A DNA stretch of 59,111 bases, filler included. It is 4 parts of 4 records of this genome, joined end to end, with 100 filler letters (N's around TTAATTAATTAA, not from the genome) between each part and the next. Parts side by side here need not be neighbours in the genome. Positions count along the whole stretch, not along the records: positions 42,998 to 59,111 come from DRR378314_2610; 3 more parts are not named here. One strand, 5' to 3'. Shown in pieces: positions 46,082 through 56,473 of the stretch (its first letter is position 1; every line of letters begins with the position of its first letter). A program made the translations under genes and the position numbers. The notes below the pieces were generated by a model. The model ran no database searches and was not told where the DNA came from. It saw nothing but the letters and a program-made list of their open reading frames with translations.

Positions 46082-46711
46082 ATGGCAGGACATGCCACGG
46101 TTCTTGAGGATGGCAGCCTTTTAAGCCGGTTGGATCATCATTTGTTACGGTTAGAGCGTCTGATGGCGCTGATCAGCGGCTTTGCGGTGTTCGGGCTGAT
46201 GGTGTTGGCTGTTGTATCAGTCAGCGGTCGCAACGCACTAAACGCGCCTTTGCCGGGCTACGTTGACTGGATCGAGCAGGCGATGCCCCTGATTGCGTTT
46301 CTGGGAATATCCTATGTTCAGCGCGATGGCGGGCATATCCGAATGGATATTGCCATCTCTCGATTGAAAGGGCGGGCGTTATGGTTCTTCGAGTTGATCT
46401 CGGTCCTTTTGATCTTGCTGCTGATGCTGGCGCTGGTCTGGGGCAGCTGGTCTCACTTTGACCGCTCTTTCGACTTCGGCGCTCCGCTCTGGAGCCGCGA
46501 CAGTTCGATTGATATCGGAATTCCCATCTGGCCCTCAAAACTGCTGGCGCCGGTTGCGTTCTCGGTTTTGTGCGCCCGGCTGATTCTACAGGCGTGGGGC
46601 TATGGACGGGCGTTTGTGCTGGGACTTGCGACACCTGTGGCAGTACCGTTGATACAGGATGCTGCTGCGCAAGCGGCAGCCGAAGCCGAGCAATTCGAAA
46701 GGCGTACCTGA
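46082..46711 (+). CDS. dctQ: TRAP transporter small permease
   Basis: 4 TM helices with GGHIRMD motif. Confidence 0.9.
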   Translation: MAGHATVLEDGSLLSRLDHHLLRLERLMALISGFAVFGLMVLAVVSVSGRNALNAPLPGYVDWIEQAMPLIAFLGISYVQRDGGHIRMDIAISRLKGRALWFFELISVLLILLLMLALVWGSWSHFDRSFDFGAPLWSRDSSIDIGIPIWPSKLLAPVAFSVLCARLILQAWGYGRAFVLGLATPVAVPLIQDAAAQAAAEAEQFERRT

Positions 46712-46714
46712 CCG

Positions 46715-48118
46715 ATGGATTCGATTGAAATCGGCCTTTGGGTCACCGCCGGGCTGCTGGTCCTTGTGGTCACCGGGATGCGTGTGGCCTTTGCTGCGGG
46801 TCTGGCTGGGTTGGTAGGCCTGATCTGGATCTTCTGGGCCAAGTTTGGATATGATCCTGAGCGATTTGGCAAAGCGCTAACTGTGGCCGTTAAAACAGCC
46901 GGGCAAGTACCGCACTCCAAGGTTGCGTCACATACACTCAGTCTGATCCCCACATTTATACTGATCGGATATCTAGCTTATTATGCAGGACTAACGCGTG
47001 CATTGTTCGAAGCCGCAAAGCGTTGGATCGCGTGGATGCCCGGAGGATTGGCCGTCTCAACGATCTTTGCGACGGCAGGTTTCGCGGCAGTTTCAGGCGC
47101 ATCTGTCGCCACATCTGCCGTCTTTGCACGTATCGCAATCCCCGAGATGTTGGCAGTGGGATACAACAAGCGTTTCGCGGCCGGAGTGGTTGCCGCTGGC
47201 GGGACCTTGGCCTCGCTTATCCCGCCATCTGCGATTCTTGTGATCTATGCGATTATTGTCGAGCAGGATGTGGGCAAACTGCTACTTGCGGGCTTCATAC
47301 CCGGCGCATTCTCAGCGGTGATATACGGCTTGTTGATTGTAGGCATTGCTGTGATTTTCAAGTCCGTCGGTCCGCCTGTGACGGGGTTTACCTGGAAAGA
47401 ACGATTTGCGGCGCTGCCGGGCGCATTGCCCATCGTGGCTGTAATCCTCATCATCATCTGTTTTGTGTATAATCCGTTTGGCGACAAGGCGTGGGGCACC
47501 CCGACCGAAGGCGGGGCGATCGGCGCCTTCATCGTGTTCTGTTTTGCGCTGATCCACGGTATGCGCTGGCCCGAGTTCAAATCAGCCCTGCTTGAAACCG
47601 CCAAACTGACCGCGATGATCTTTGCGATCATCTGGGGCGTCCTGATCTATGTGCGTTTTCTGGGGTTCGCGGATCTGCCAGGTGCGTTCTCCGACTGGAT
47701 CACCTCACTTGAGATGTCGCCGATGCTGATTCTCATCTGCATCCTGCTGGCTTATGCGGTGTTGGGCATGTTCATGGACGCCATCGGCATGTTGCTTTTG
47801 ACGCTGCCAGTTGTCTATCCCGCTGTGATGGCCCTGAATGGTGGCGAGGCCGTCAGCGCAGCGGACAGTGCCTTTGGGATGTCCGGGCCGATGTGTGCGA
47901 TTTGGTTCGGAATTCTGGTGGTGAAAATGGCCGAGTTCTGCCTGATCACCCCGCCGATCGGCCTGAATTGCTTTGTCGTTGCCGGGGTGCGGCCCGACCT
48001 CAGCGTTCAGGATGTGTTCAAAGGCGTAACGCCGTTTTTTATCGCTGATGCCCTGACAATCGCGCTGTTGGTGGCATTTCCGGGGATCGTTCTCTACCTG
48101 CCATCGCTTGCAGGATAA
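46715..48118 (+). CDS. dctM: TRAP transporter large permease
   Basis: FAAVSGASVA, GTLASLIPPS, TPTEGG, ITPPIGLN. Confidence 0.93.
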   Translation: MDSIEIGLWVTAGLLVLVVTGMRVAFAAGLAGLVGLIWIFWAKFGYDPERFGKALTVAVKTAGQVPHSKVASHTLSLIPTFILIGYLAYYAGLTRALFEAAKRWIAWMPGGLAVSTIFATAGFAAVSGASVATSAVFARIAIPEMLAVGYNKRFAAGVVAAGGTLASLIPPSAILVIYAIIVEQDVGKLLLAGFIPGAFSAVIYGLLIVGIAVIFKSVGPPVTGFTWKERFAALPGALPIVAVILIIICFVYNPFGDKAWGTPTEGGAIGAFIVFCFALIHGMRWPEFKSALLETAKLTAMIFAIIWGVLIYVRFLGFADLPGAFSDWITSLEMSPMLILICILLAYAVLGMFMDAIGMLLLTLPVVYPAVMALNGGEAVSAADSAFGMSGPMCAIWFGILVVKMAEFCLITPPIGLNCFVVAGVRPDLSVQDVFKGVTPFFIADALTIALLVAFPGIVLYLPSLAG

Positions 48119-48119
48119 G

Positions 48120-48145
48120 AAAAAACCCCGGCCAAAGGCCGGGGT
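48120..48145. terminator. Intrinsic terminator between convergent dctM and ocd
   Basis: accccggcc-aaa-ggccggggt hairpin with an A-tract (U-tail on the minus strand). Confidence 0.8.
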
Positions 48146-48168
48146 ACAGTCTTTGATGTGCGGGTTCT

Positions 48169-49212
48169 TTATTCTGCCCGCATCAGCATCCCAAACAGAT
48201 CCCTTGGATCATCGGGGTCTGCGAGCATGTCCAATGGCTCAAAGAAATCAGTGCCTTCGATTGCGTTTTTGATGTATCGCAGCGCCGAAAAATCTTCGAT
48301 AGCGAAACCAACGCTATCGAACAGAGTTATCTGCCGATCATCGGTACGCCCTTTGGCCTGACCGGTCATCACCTCCCACATTTCAGTGACGGGGTGATCT
48401 GTTTCCAGAGCCTGAATTTCACCCTCAATCCGCGTTTGTTCTGGGTATTCGACAAAGATTTCCGACCGCAAAAGAATGTCGCGGTGTAATTCTGTCTTGC
48501 CGGGGCAATCCCCCCCAATGGCGTTGATGTGCACACCGGGGCCGACCATGTTGTCGGTCAAGATGGTCGCGTATTTCTTGTCGGCGGTGCATGTCGTGAT
48601 GATCTGTGCGCCTTCAATCGCTTCTTCTGGTGTCTTGCATGCGACGATCTTAAGTCCTTTGCCCTGAAGATTGGCCGCACATTTTGCCGTTGCGTTAGCA
48701 TCGGTGTCGTACAGACGGACGGTATCAATTCCGCACATGGCCTTGAAAGCGAGGCACTGGAACTCGGACTGAGCACCGTTCCCGATCATCGCCATTGTCG
48801 TCGCAGACTTGGGCGCGAGATACTTGCCCACCAGTGCTGATGTTGCCGCGGTGCGCAGGGCCGTAAGCATCGTCATCTCAGTCAGCAAGGTGGGGTAACC
48901 GGTATAGACGTCCGCCAACAGGCCGAACGCTGTCACGGTTTGCAAACCCTCGGATGTGTTCTTGGGGTGCCCGTTGACGTATTTGAACCCATAAGCCTCA
49001 CCATCCGAGGTTGGCATCAACTCGATGACCCCATGTGGTGAGTGGGCCGGGATGCGAGGCGTCTTGTCAAAGCTTTCCCAGCGTTTGAAATCAGCTTCGA
49101 TCTGCGCGGCGATCTGCGTGATCATCTGCTCAAGCCCGATGTGGTGGACCAGACGCATCATGTTATCGACGGAAACAAAAGGCACCAGCGCCTTGTCAGA
49201 GGGTTGTGTCAT
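48169..49212 (-). CDS. ocd: Ornithine cyclodeaminase
   Basis: GVIELMPTSDG, KYVNGHPKN, LTALRTAATS, GNGAQSEFQ, FDSVGFAIEDF. Confidence 0.95.
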   Translation of the reverse strand: MTQPSDKALVPFVSVDNMMRLVHHIGLEQMITQIAAQIEADFKRWESFDKTPRIPAHSPHGVIELMPTSDGEAYGFKYVNGHPKNTSEGLQTVTAFGLLADVYTGYPTLLTEMTMLTALRTAATSALVGKYLAPKSATTMAMIGNGAQSEFQCLAFKAMCGIDTVRLYDTDANATAKCAANLQGKGLKIVACKTPEEAIEGAQIITTCTADKKYATILTDNMVGPGVHINAIGGDCPGKTELHRDILLRSEIFVEYPEQTRIEGEIQALETDHPVTEMWEVMTGQAKGRTDDRQITLFDSVGFAIEDFSALRYIKNAIEGTDFFEPLDMLADPDDPRDLFGMLMRAE

Positions 49213-50132
49213 CAGAAGCTCCGTGTCGGGCGGTCAAAGATACGGCGGCCCATCAATGAGGCTGCGAAATCGACCATCAGTTTTGCGGTTCGGCCACGTT
49301 CATCAAGGAACGGGTTCAGTTCGACCAGATCCAGTGAACAAACCAGGCCACTTTCGTGCAGCAGTTCCATGACAAGATGTGCCTCGCGCTCGGTCGCGCC
49401 ACCGGGGACGGTTGTGCCCACGGCGGGGGCAATCGATGGGTCAAGGAAATCCACATCCAGCGAGACATGCAGGATGCCATTCGCAGCGCTCACTTTGTCC
49501 AGAAACGCTATGAGCGGTGCCTTGATGCCGTTTTCGTCGATACTGCGCATATCGGCCAGCATCGCATGATCATCTTCCAGCGCCGCGCGTTCGGCGGGAT
49601 CAACCGAGCGTAGGCCGATCATTCCAACGCGATCAGTTGGAATAGGCGCTGTCAGCGGCGGAAATGCTTCGAATCCGGGCTGCCCGGTGAAATAGGCCAC
49701 GGGCGTTCCATGCAGGTTCCCGCTGGCTGTGCTGCCTGGCGTGTGAAAGTCGCTGTGGGCATCGAGCCAGAGAACGAAGAGGGGGCGATCGATATGGCGC
49801 GCATGCGCTGCCATTCCAGTCACGGTTCCCATCGATAACGCATGGTCCCCGCCCATGAAGATGGGCAGACCCTGCCGAGCGGCTTCTTGCGCGGTGCGGC
49901 TCAGCGCCTGTGTCCAGCCCACGCAATCCGGGAGGGAGAACAGATGGGGGTCATCAGGCACGTCGACTTGATCCGGAAGCGTGTCCCCGATGTCAGTCAC
50001 GGTATGACCCAGATCAGAAAGGGCTTGCTCGAGTCCGGCGACACGGTAGGCGTCGGGACCCATACGGCAGCCTTGGCGGTGTTTACCGGCGTCCATTGGG
50101 GCTCCGGCAAGAATAATGTTCTGTTTGCTCAT
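49212..50132 (-). CDS. rocF: Arginase
   Basis: GGDH, WLDAHSD, SGNLHGTP, HVSLDVDFLDP, LVELNP. Confidence 0.95.
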   Translation of the reverse strand: MSKQNIILAGAPMDAGKHRQGCRMGPDAYRVAGLEQALSDLGHTVTDIGDTLPDQVDVPDDPHLFSLPDCVGWTQALSRTAQEAARQGLPIFMGGDHALSMGTVTGMAAHARHIDRPLFVLWLDAHSDFHTPGSTASGNLHGTPVAYFTGQPGFEAFPPLTAPIPTDRVGMIGLRSVDPAERAALEDDHAMLADMRSIDENGIKAPLIAFLDKVSAANGILHVSLDVDFLDPSIAPAVGTTVPGGATEREAHLVMELLHESGLVCSLDLVELNPFLDERGRTAKLMVDFAASLMGRRIFDRPTRSF

Positions 50133-50218
50133 ACGTCTATTTATCGATACGATATGGGTTGATGTAAGAGAGCAAATTGATCAAAGTGGATCAGCAAATT
50201 CCGATCTGGTAAATATGT

Positions 50219-50647
50219 ATGGACGAACTGGACAATCGATTGGTGAACGCTTTGCACCGGGATGCCCGCGCTTCACTGTCAGAGCTGGCTGAACTGCTTG
50301 GCGTAACCCGAACGACGGTGCGCAGCCGACTGCAACGGCTCAAACAATCTGGAGAAATCGTGGGCTTTACGGTGGTAACCCGACAGGGCGTGTCGGAAAG
50401 CCCTGTTCGTGGACTAATGATGCTTGAAATCGAAGGCCGCGGGACTGAGCGGATCAGATCGCGGATCGCTGCAATGCGTCAGGTTCGCGCCGTTCATTCG
50501 ACCAATGGCAGCTGGGATCTGATCGCCGAGATCGGAACGGATACTCTGGATGAGCTTGACGAAGTGTTATTCCAGATCAGACGGGTTGAAGGTATTACGC
50601 GGTCCGAGACCAACCTGTTGCTTTCAACGCGTAAAGGTCGTTCGTAA
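50219..50647 (+). CDS. Lrp/AsnC family transcriptional regulator
   Basis: MDELD..L...L..DAR.S..ELA HTH and C-terminal RAM domain; divergent from rocF-ocd. Confidence 0.92.
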   Translation: MDELDNRLVNALHRDARASLSELAELLGVTRTTVRSRLQRLKQSGEIVGFTVVTRQGVSESPVRGLMMLEIEGRGTERIRSRIAAMRQVRAVHSTNGSWDLIAEIGTDTLDELDEVLFQIRRVEGITRSETNLLLSTRKGRS

Positions 50648-50737
50648 CAGGTAACCCAAGGCACTATGACGGATAGAAAATTCATGCAAAGCTTTGAATC
50701 GACACTGATCTGAGGATCGCGGGCAGGGACGAACAGA

Positions 50738-53344
50738 ATGACAACACAGCCGACCACACAAGAGACGCGCGCGGAGCGTCTGGCCGAGCGTGTAACAGGG
50801 TTGTTGGAAAAGCCTCTGGTCAAGATTGCGATTCCGCTGCTGATAACCGGAATTGCACTTGCTGTTTTGCATGACCTGTCTGCGCATGTGAAATGGTCGG
50901 ATATTCAAAGTGATATCGCGGCGACGCCGTGGAAGTACATGTTCTTTGCGCTGTGCTGGACCGCGGTCAGTTTTCTGTCGCTGTCTTTCTATGACGTCCT
51001 TGCGGTGCAGAGCGTGGCCGACGGCAAGGTGCCTCTGCCCGTTGCCGGGATGGCCGGGGCAAGCGGGTACGCGGTGTCGAACTGTCTTGGCTTCTCGTAC
51101 ATCACGGGCACCGCGATCCGATATCGTATATACGCATCTCTCGGGTTGGATTTGGGACGCGTGGCCGGCGTAATAGCGACCTCTTGGGTGGCGTTCTGGA
51201 TGGGGTTGATCCTTCTTCTGGGTCTGTTGCTGACCATTCACCCGGATGGAATCTCCAAGGTTCTGCCGATCAGTGAGACGACGGAAACCGTGATTGGCCT
51301 GTGTTTGCTGGCAGGTCTTGTCGCATTGTTCGTCTGGCTTTCAAGCGGCGGGCGGCGATTGGCTTATGGTGGGTTCGGGTTCAATCTTCCAGGTGGCAAG
51401 CTTGCCGGTTTGCTGACCGTTGCAGCGATTGGCGATTTGTTCGGTGCCTCGATGGCGCTCTATGTGTTGATGCCGGACGATCTGGGGGTTGGTTACCCGT
51501 ATTTCTTCGCGGTCTATATCGGTGCAATTGCGGTAGGTATTCTAAGCCATGCACCGGGTGGTATTGGTGTGTTCGAAGCCACCTTGATTGCAGGTCTTGG
51601 GGCATCGGGTCGCTCAGATGTCATCGCGTCGCTGCTTCTATACCGGTTGGTTTACACTTTCTTGCCTTTTGCCATCGCCAGCCTGTCGATCGCGGGCGCG
51701 TCGGCGCTGACCCAGCGCCAGCGCATCGGAGGTGCGGCCAGTTGGGTCTATCGCGCTATCCGCCCCATTGTTCCGATGGTTGCGGCTGGTGTTGCCGCCG
51801 TCGCCGGGGTGATATTGCTGGTCTCGGGCGCGTTGCCCTCCAGCTCTCAGAAGCTTGGCGTACTGCGCGAGGTGCTGCCCCTGTCGTTTGTCGAGGCCTC
51901 TCATCTTGCGGGCAGCGCGGTGGGGCTTTTGTTGCTGTTGGTGTCGCGCGGCCTGTTCCGCAAGTTATATCGCGCCTGGGTGGTCGCCATGCTGTTGATG
52001 GTGGCGGGGTTCTTTGCCTCGCTCGCCAAAGGACTGGATACCCATGAAGCACTGTCCTTGCTGTTTACGATTGGTCTTCTGGCGATGTTCAAGGGCGCGT
52101 TCTACCGGGTCAGTGGGGCGTCGATCTTTCGGCTGAATATCCCATGGCTGGTCAGCGTCGTCGCATTGTTGGCTGTGATCTTCTGGATCGGATTGTTCGC
52201 CTATTCCCATGTCGAATACGAAAACGCGTTGTGGTGGGACTTTGCCTGGAACGGTGACGCATCGCGGTTTCTGCGCTCCAGCCTCGTAGTCGCTGTGATC
52301 TTGGGCATAGTCGCGGTGAACTCGCTCTTCGGTCGAGAAATCCCGGCACCCATACGAACCGAGATTCCCGAGGCTGTCGAACGACTTGTCATGGACAGTG
52401 AAGACACCGAGTCCCAGATATCGCTGACGGGTGATAAGCAGTTCCTGATTTCGCCGGATGAAACCGCATTCCTCGCCTATGCCGATACTGGCAATGCATT
52501 GATCACAAAGGGAGAGCCGGTGGGCGATGAAAAGGCGGGTCAGCAATTGATCTGGCAACTGCGCGAAATGGCTGACCGTGAAGGCAAGCTTTGTGCTTTT
52601 TACAGTGTATCAACCAAATACCTGCCGACCTTTCTGGATCTCGGTCTGTCGATCCTGAAAATCGGAGAAGTGGCGCGGGTTCCGCTGCAGGATTTCTCAC
52701 TGGATGGAAAATCGCGGAAAAGGTTCCGACAGGCCAAAAACAGAGCAGAGCGTGAGGGGTATACGTTTGAAATCATCCCCAAGGAACAGCTTGCGCCGGT
52801 ATTGCCGGAACTTCGGAAAATATCAGACGACTGGCTGGCGCAAAAGGCGGGTGAAGAAAAGGGATTTGCCCTGGGCGGTTTCGACGATGATTACCTGTCC
52901 TATTTTGACCACGCGGTTCTGCGGGATGAGACCGGCAAGATCATGGCATTTGCCAATCTGTTTCAGGGGGGCAACAAGTCTGAACTGTCGCTGGACCTGA
53001 TGCGTTATGAACCCGACAGCCCAAGTTTTGTCATGGATGCGCTGTTTGCTGAAATGATGGTCTGGGGCTCTGAACAGGGGTTCCACTGGTTCTCGTTGGG
53101 AGCCGCGCCGTTTTCGGGGATCGAGAACCGGCAGCTGGCCTCGCTTTGGAACCGAATTGGTGGGTTTGTTTATGAACATGGCGAGCAGTTTTACCATTTC
53201 GAAGGTCTGCGCGCCTTCAAACAGAAATTCGATCCAGAATGGAGCCCGAACTATCTGGCCAGCCCTGGCGGCTTGGCCGCACCGCGTATCCTGTACGAAG
53301 TCAATATCCTGATTTCGGGTGGCCTGCGTGGGTTGACGAAATAG
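50738..53344 (+). CDS. mprF: Bifunctional lysylphosphatidylglycerol flippase/synthetase
   Basis: Multi-TM N-terminus (PGGIGVFE, LLLYR) and C-terminal synthase (EKGF.LG, LDLMRY, FSLGAAP, FYHFEGLRAFKQKFDPEW). Confidence 0.93.
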   Translation: MTTQPTTQETRAERLAERVTGLLEKPLVKIAIPLLITGIALAVLHDLSAHVKWSDIQSDIAATPWKYMFFALCWTAVSFLSLSFYDVLAVQSVADGKVPLPVAGMAGASGYAVSNCLGFSYITGTAIRYRIYASLGLDLGRVAGVIATSWVAFWMGLILLLGLLLTIHPDGISKVLPISETTETVIGLCLLAGLVALFVWLSSGGRRLAYGGFGFNLPGGKLAGLLTVAAIGDLFGASMALYVLMPDDLGVGYPYFFAVYIGAIAVGILSHAPGGIGVFEATLIAGLGASGRSDVIASLLLYRLVYTFLPFAIASLSIAGASALTQRQRIGGAASWVYRAIRPIVPMVAAGVAAVAGVILLVSGALPSSSQKLGVLREVLPLSFVEASHLAGSAVGLLLLLVSRGLFRKLYRAWVVAMLLMVAGFFASLAKGLDTHEALSLLFTIGLLAMFKGAFYRVSGASIFRLNIPWLVSVVALLAVIFWIGLFAYSHVEYENALWWDFAWNGDASRFLRSSLVVAVILGIVAVNSLFGREIPAPIRTEIPEAVERLVMDSEDTESQISLTGDKQFLISPDETAFLAYADTGNALITKGEPVGDEKAGQQLIWQLREMADREGKLCAFYSVSTKYLPTFLDLGLSILKIGEVARVPLQDFSLDGKSRKRFRQAKNRAEREGYTFEIIPKEQLAPVLPELRKISDDWLAQKAGEEKGFALGGFDDDYLSYFDHAVLRDETGKIMAFANLFQGGNKSELSLDLMRYEPDSPSFVMDALFAEMMVWGSEQGFHWFSLGAAPFSGIENRQLASLWNRIGGFVYEHGEQFYHFEGLRAFKQKFDPEWSPNYLASPGGLAAPRILYEVNILISGGLRGLTK

Positions 53345-53347
53345 CGA

Positions 53348-54907
53348 TCAATTCAAGCTAGCACCCGTTGGTGTTTTCTCCAGAAGATCACCCCAATCGG
53401 TGCGATAGGCCATCTCGGCCAGAACCGACTGGGGCAGGAATTCCTGATTCTGCCTGATCTGCCAGCCGCCACCCAACCCTTTGTAAATCGCAACCAGATT
53501 GGACGAGACCTCCTGCCGCGCCTCGATCAGATTGGCCTGCGATCTCAGCAGCGCGGTCTGTGTGTTGAGGATCCGGGAATAGCTGGCGATGCCGTCACGG
53601 TATTGATCAACCGCGATATCGGCGGCCTTGCGCGACGCCTCGACGCTGCGCTGATAGAAGGTGACCTGTTTGCGCGCCTGTGCATAGGCGACCATCGCGC
53701 TTTCGACCTCGGAATAAGCGGTCAACACGGTGTTCTGATAGTTGGCGATCAGCGCCTGATAAGCGGCGTCTTGGGCGCGGACGTTATTCTTGATGCGGCC
53801 ATAGTTCAGGACGTTCCAGACGACGCCGGCATTGGCTAACCCAGTTGCGCTGCTGGTGCTGAACAGATCACGCCCGCCCGAGGCCTGCAGCCCGATCGCG
53901 CCCGATAGGATAAACTGCGGATAGAGATCAGCCAGAGCTATCCCCACCTGCGCTGATTGCGTGGCAGCCGCCAATTCTGCGGCCCGCACGTCCGGGCGTC
54001 GCCGCAGCAATTCAGCTGGCACACCAACGGCCACATTGGCGCGTGCTGAAGGTATGCGCCCGGAATTGCCGAGCAAACCCGCCATCTGAGACGGCGTTTT
54101 ACCCAACAGAACAGCCAGCGCGTTCTTGGCTTGCTGAATGTCACTTTCAAGCTCGGGCACCAGCGCTTTGGTGTTGTTGAGCAGGGCGGTGGATTCCTGC
54201 ACATCCAACTCGGTCGTGACGCCATTGTTGAAACGCAGCTGGGTCAGGTCTGCCGACTCCTGCTGGATCGTTATATTTTCCCGCGCAATGCGTAGCGCCT
54301 CCTGCAAGGAGCGGATGTTGATATACAGCGCTGCGACGTCGCCGGTCAGCGTGACCAGAGCGTCGTCATAATTGGCAACCTGCAGCGCGAGGTTCGACCG
54401 CGCGGCCTGTACACCGCGTCTTTGCTGGCCCCAAACATCCAGTTCCCACTGTGCGTCAAAACCCACCTGAGAGGTTGAGAATTCAGTATCCAAAGGAATG
54501 ATCCGCCGGATATCCGAAATGGGTCCAAGGTTGTCACTGATCTGGCGGCGCTGCAGCGAACCTCCAATTGCCTGCGACTGCGGGTAAAGCTCACCAAAGG
54601 CGATGCCAAGTTGCGCGCGGGCCTGCAATACGCGGGCACCTGCAACCTGTAAGGTAAGGTTCTGGGCATAGGCTTCGGCAATCAGCTTGTTCAGCGTCGG
54701 ATCGTTGAATGTTTCCCACCAGCGCACGACAGGAGCGCTGCGCGAGGTCAGGCCGCTTTGGCCCGTGCTTGGGTTATTAACTTCGATCCATTGTTTGACG
54801 ACCGGAGAGTTCGGGCGCACGAAGTCCGGCCCCACCGGCGTGCAGGCCGCGAGGGTAGCGGCGCAAAGGGCAGTGCCCAGCAACTGGCGGAGTGTCATCT
54901 TGCGCAT
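53348..54907 (-). CDS. Efflux outer-membrane lipoprotein (TolC/NodT/OprM family)
   Basis: Lipobox LAAC, WWETFNDP.L, WELDVWG, PAELLRRRPDVRAAE, YKGLGGGW. Confidence 0.93.
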   Translation of the reverse strand: MRKMTLRQLLGTALCAATLAACTPVGPDFVRPNSPVVKQWIEVNNPSTGQSGLTSRSAPVVRWWETFNDPTLNKLIAEAYAQNLTLQVAGARVLQARAQLGIAFGELYPQSQAIGGSLQRRQISDNLGPISDIRRIIPLDTEFSTSQVGFDAQWELDVWGQQRRGVQAARSNLALQVANYDDALVTLTGDVAALYINIRSLQEALRIARENITIQQESADLTQLRFNNGVTTELDVQESTALLNNTKALVPELESDIQQAKNALAVLLGKTPSQMAGLLGNSGRIPSARANVAVGVPAELLRRRPDVRAAELAAATQSAQVGIALADLYPQFILSGAIGLQASGGRDLFSTSSATGLANAGVVWNVLNYGRIKNNVRAQDAAYQALIANYQNTVLTAYSEVESAMVAYAQARKQVTFYQRSVEASRKAADIAVDQYRDGIASYSRILNTQTALLRSQANLIEARQEVSSNLVAIYKGLGGGWQIRQNQEFLPQSVLAEMAYRTDWGDLLEKTPTGASLN

Positions 54908-54909
54908 CC

Positions 54910-56055
54910 CTATATATCCAGTGGCCGGATGAAGTTGGCGAAGGAATAAAGGCGGATATTGATACGCCTCAGGAACTCAAAGCTTTTGCCCATGCCTGTG
55001 TAGATGGCCACGGCCGCATGGCCACCCGCAGGGAAGGTGTGCCCCTCGGGTACATCGACCGAGATTTGAACCGCGATCCGACCTGGCAGTTTTGGTAACT
55101 CAAAACCGGGCAGGCGGCCCGAGGGCAGGTACTGGCCCTGTCTTGTAGCCCACCAGACGGCTTCGACCTTACCGGTCAGAATTTCACCGGGGTAAAGATC
55201 CAGAGCAACTTCAACCGGTTGCCCGACTTCCACGAACTTCAGGTTCTGTTGGCGGAAGGTGGCCAGAATATAGGGGCTGTCTTCGGTCACGAAACTGGCA
55301 ATAGCACCCAGTCGGATTTCCCCCACGACCATACCTGGACGGGCCTGTTGTGAGACGATCATGCCATTTTCTGGGGCGTAGATTGTAGTGTTATCAAGGA
55401 AGTACTCGGCTTCGGCCAATTGAGCTTCTGCCTCCAAAATTCCGGTATTGACTCCATCGATCTGAGAATCGAGCGCCAGATTGGCCTTTTCAAGATTTGC
55501 CTGAGCTTCCTTTATCTTGGCCTGATCTTCCGCGACCTGTTCGTTCCATCGGTCAAGCTCGTCCTGGCGCGCGCCACCTGCAGGAACCAGGTTCTCGTAC
55601 CGCGCCTGTTCTGTCAGGGCATACGCCAGTTGCGCGTTCGCGCGCTCAACCGCTTCGCCCGCAGCGATTACGTCCTGTTCGAGAATCTTTGCGTTCTGCT
55701 GCGCCCCGACCAACTGGGCATTTGCCTTGTCCACCGCGAGCGAAAACACCGTATCATCGAACTTATACAGCGGATCGCCCTTGGTGACCCAGGTGTTGGG
55801 TTCGACCAGAACTTCGGTCAGGATCGTGGGCTGTGTCAGGCGTGGGACGATCTGAATGGTGGACCGCACCACATGACTGTCGGCCGAAAAGGGCTGAAAA
55901 AACCGCAGCGCGACCAGAAAGATCAGCAGCAGATGTGCACCCACCCAGAAGGATACGATGCCCCACATGATGTTGAATTTCAGCCATTGCACCTTGAAGA
56001 AGATGAACCAGACAAAAATGATGTAGAATAGCGTGATGCCAAGCGCGACGAACAT
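54910..56055 (-). CDS. HlyD-family membrane fusion protein (YiaV/YibH-like)
   Basis: N-terminal TMs, V..GDPLY lipoyl half, coiled coil, TTIYAP.NG, beta-barrel with DLYPG. Confidence 0.88.
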   Translation of the reverse strand: MFVALGITLFYIIFVWFIFFKVQWLKFNIMWGIVSFWVGAHLLLIFLVALRFFQPFSADSHVVRSTIQIVPRLTQPTILTEVLVEPNTWVTKGDPLYKFDDTVFSLAVDKANAQLVGAQQNAKILEQDVIAAGEAVERANAQLAYALTEQARYENLVPAGGARQDELDRWNEQVAEDQAKIKEAQANLEKANLALDSQIDGVNTGILEAEAQLAEAEYFLDNTTIYAPENGMIVSQQARPGMVVGEIRLGAIASFVTEDSPYILATFRQQNLKFVEVGQPVEVALDLYPGEILTGKVEAVWWATRQGQYLPSGRLPGFELPKLPGRIAVQISVDVPEGHTFPAGGHAAVAIYTGMGKSFEFLRRINIRLYSFANFIRPLDI

Positions 56056-56076
56056 GTGTGCTGAATTCCTTCGGCC

Positions 56077-56439
56077 TTAGCCTTGTTTAGTTTCGTCGGT
56101 ATCCAGCGGGTCCTGGTATTCCGGTTTGACGGTGCCACCCAGGCGCTTGATCTCATCCCGTATGGCCTTGCGTTCATCGTCGGGTCCGCGGCGCATATCT
56201 ACGGTCACGCCATCGTGGAACGCCCAAATGAAGGCATGCACCCATGGAACAATGGCCAGAAACCCCATCCACCCCATGATCTTAACAGCTTCTGCATGAG
56301 GATGATTGCGCTTGATCGCGATGCGACCTGGCAAACCCATAATGAATAGAAACAACGCCATCACCGCAGCCAGCAGCAGAATGAGCGCCACGAATGTCAG
56401 ATAGTCATAGTAGCCCAGCGGCTGCCCCAATAGTCCCAT
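56077..56439 (-). CDS. DUF3302 (YiaW/YibI-like) small membrane protein
   Basis: LPGRIA..RNHPHAEAV...GW and PW..AFIWA motifs; RBS AGGAGG. Confidence 0.85.
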   Translation of the reverse strand: MGLLGQPLGYYDYLTFVALILLLAAVMALFLFIMGLPGRIAIKRNHPHAEAVKIMGWMGFLAIVPWVHAFIWAFHDGVTVDMRRGPDDERKAIRDEIKRLGGTVKPEYQDPLDTDETKQG

Positions 56440-56473
56440 GCTCGCGCCTCCTGATGGGAAGGTTGTTCCATCC

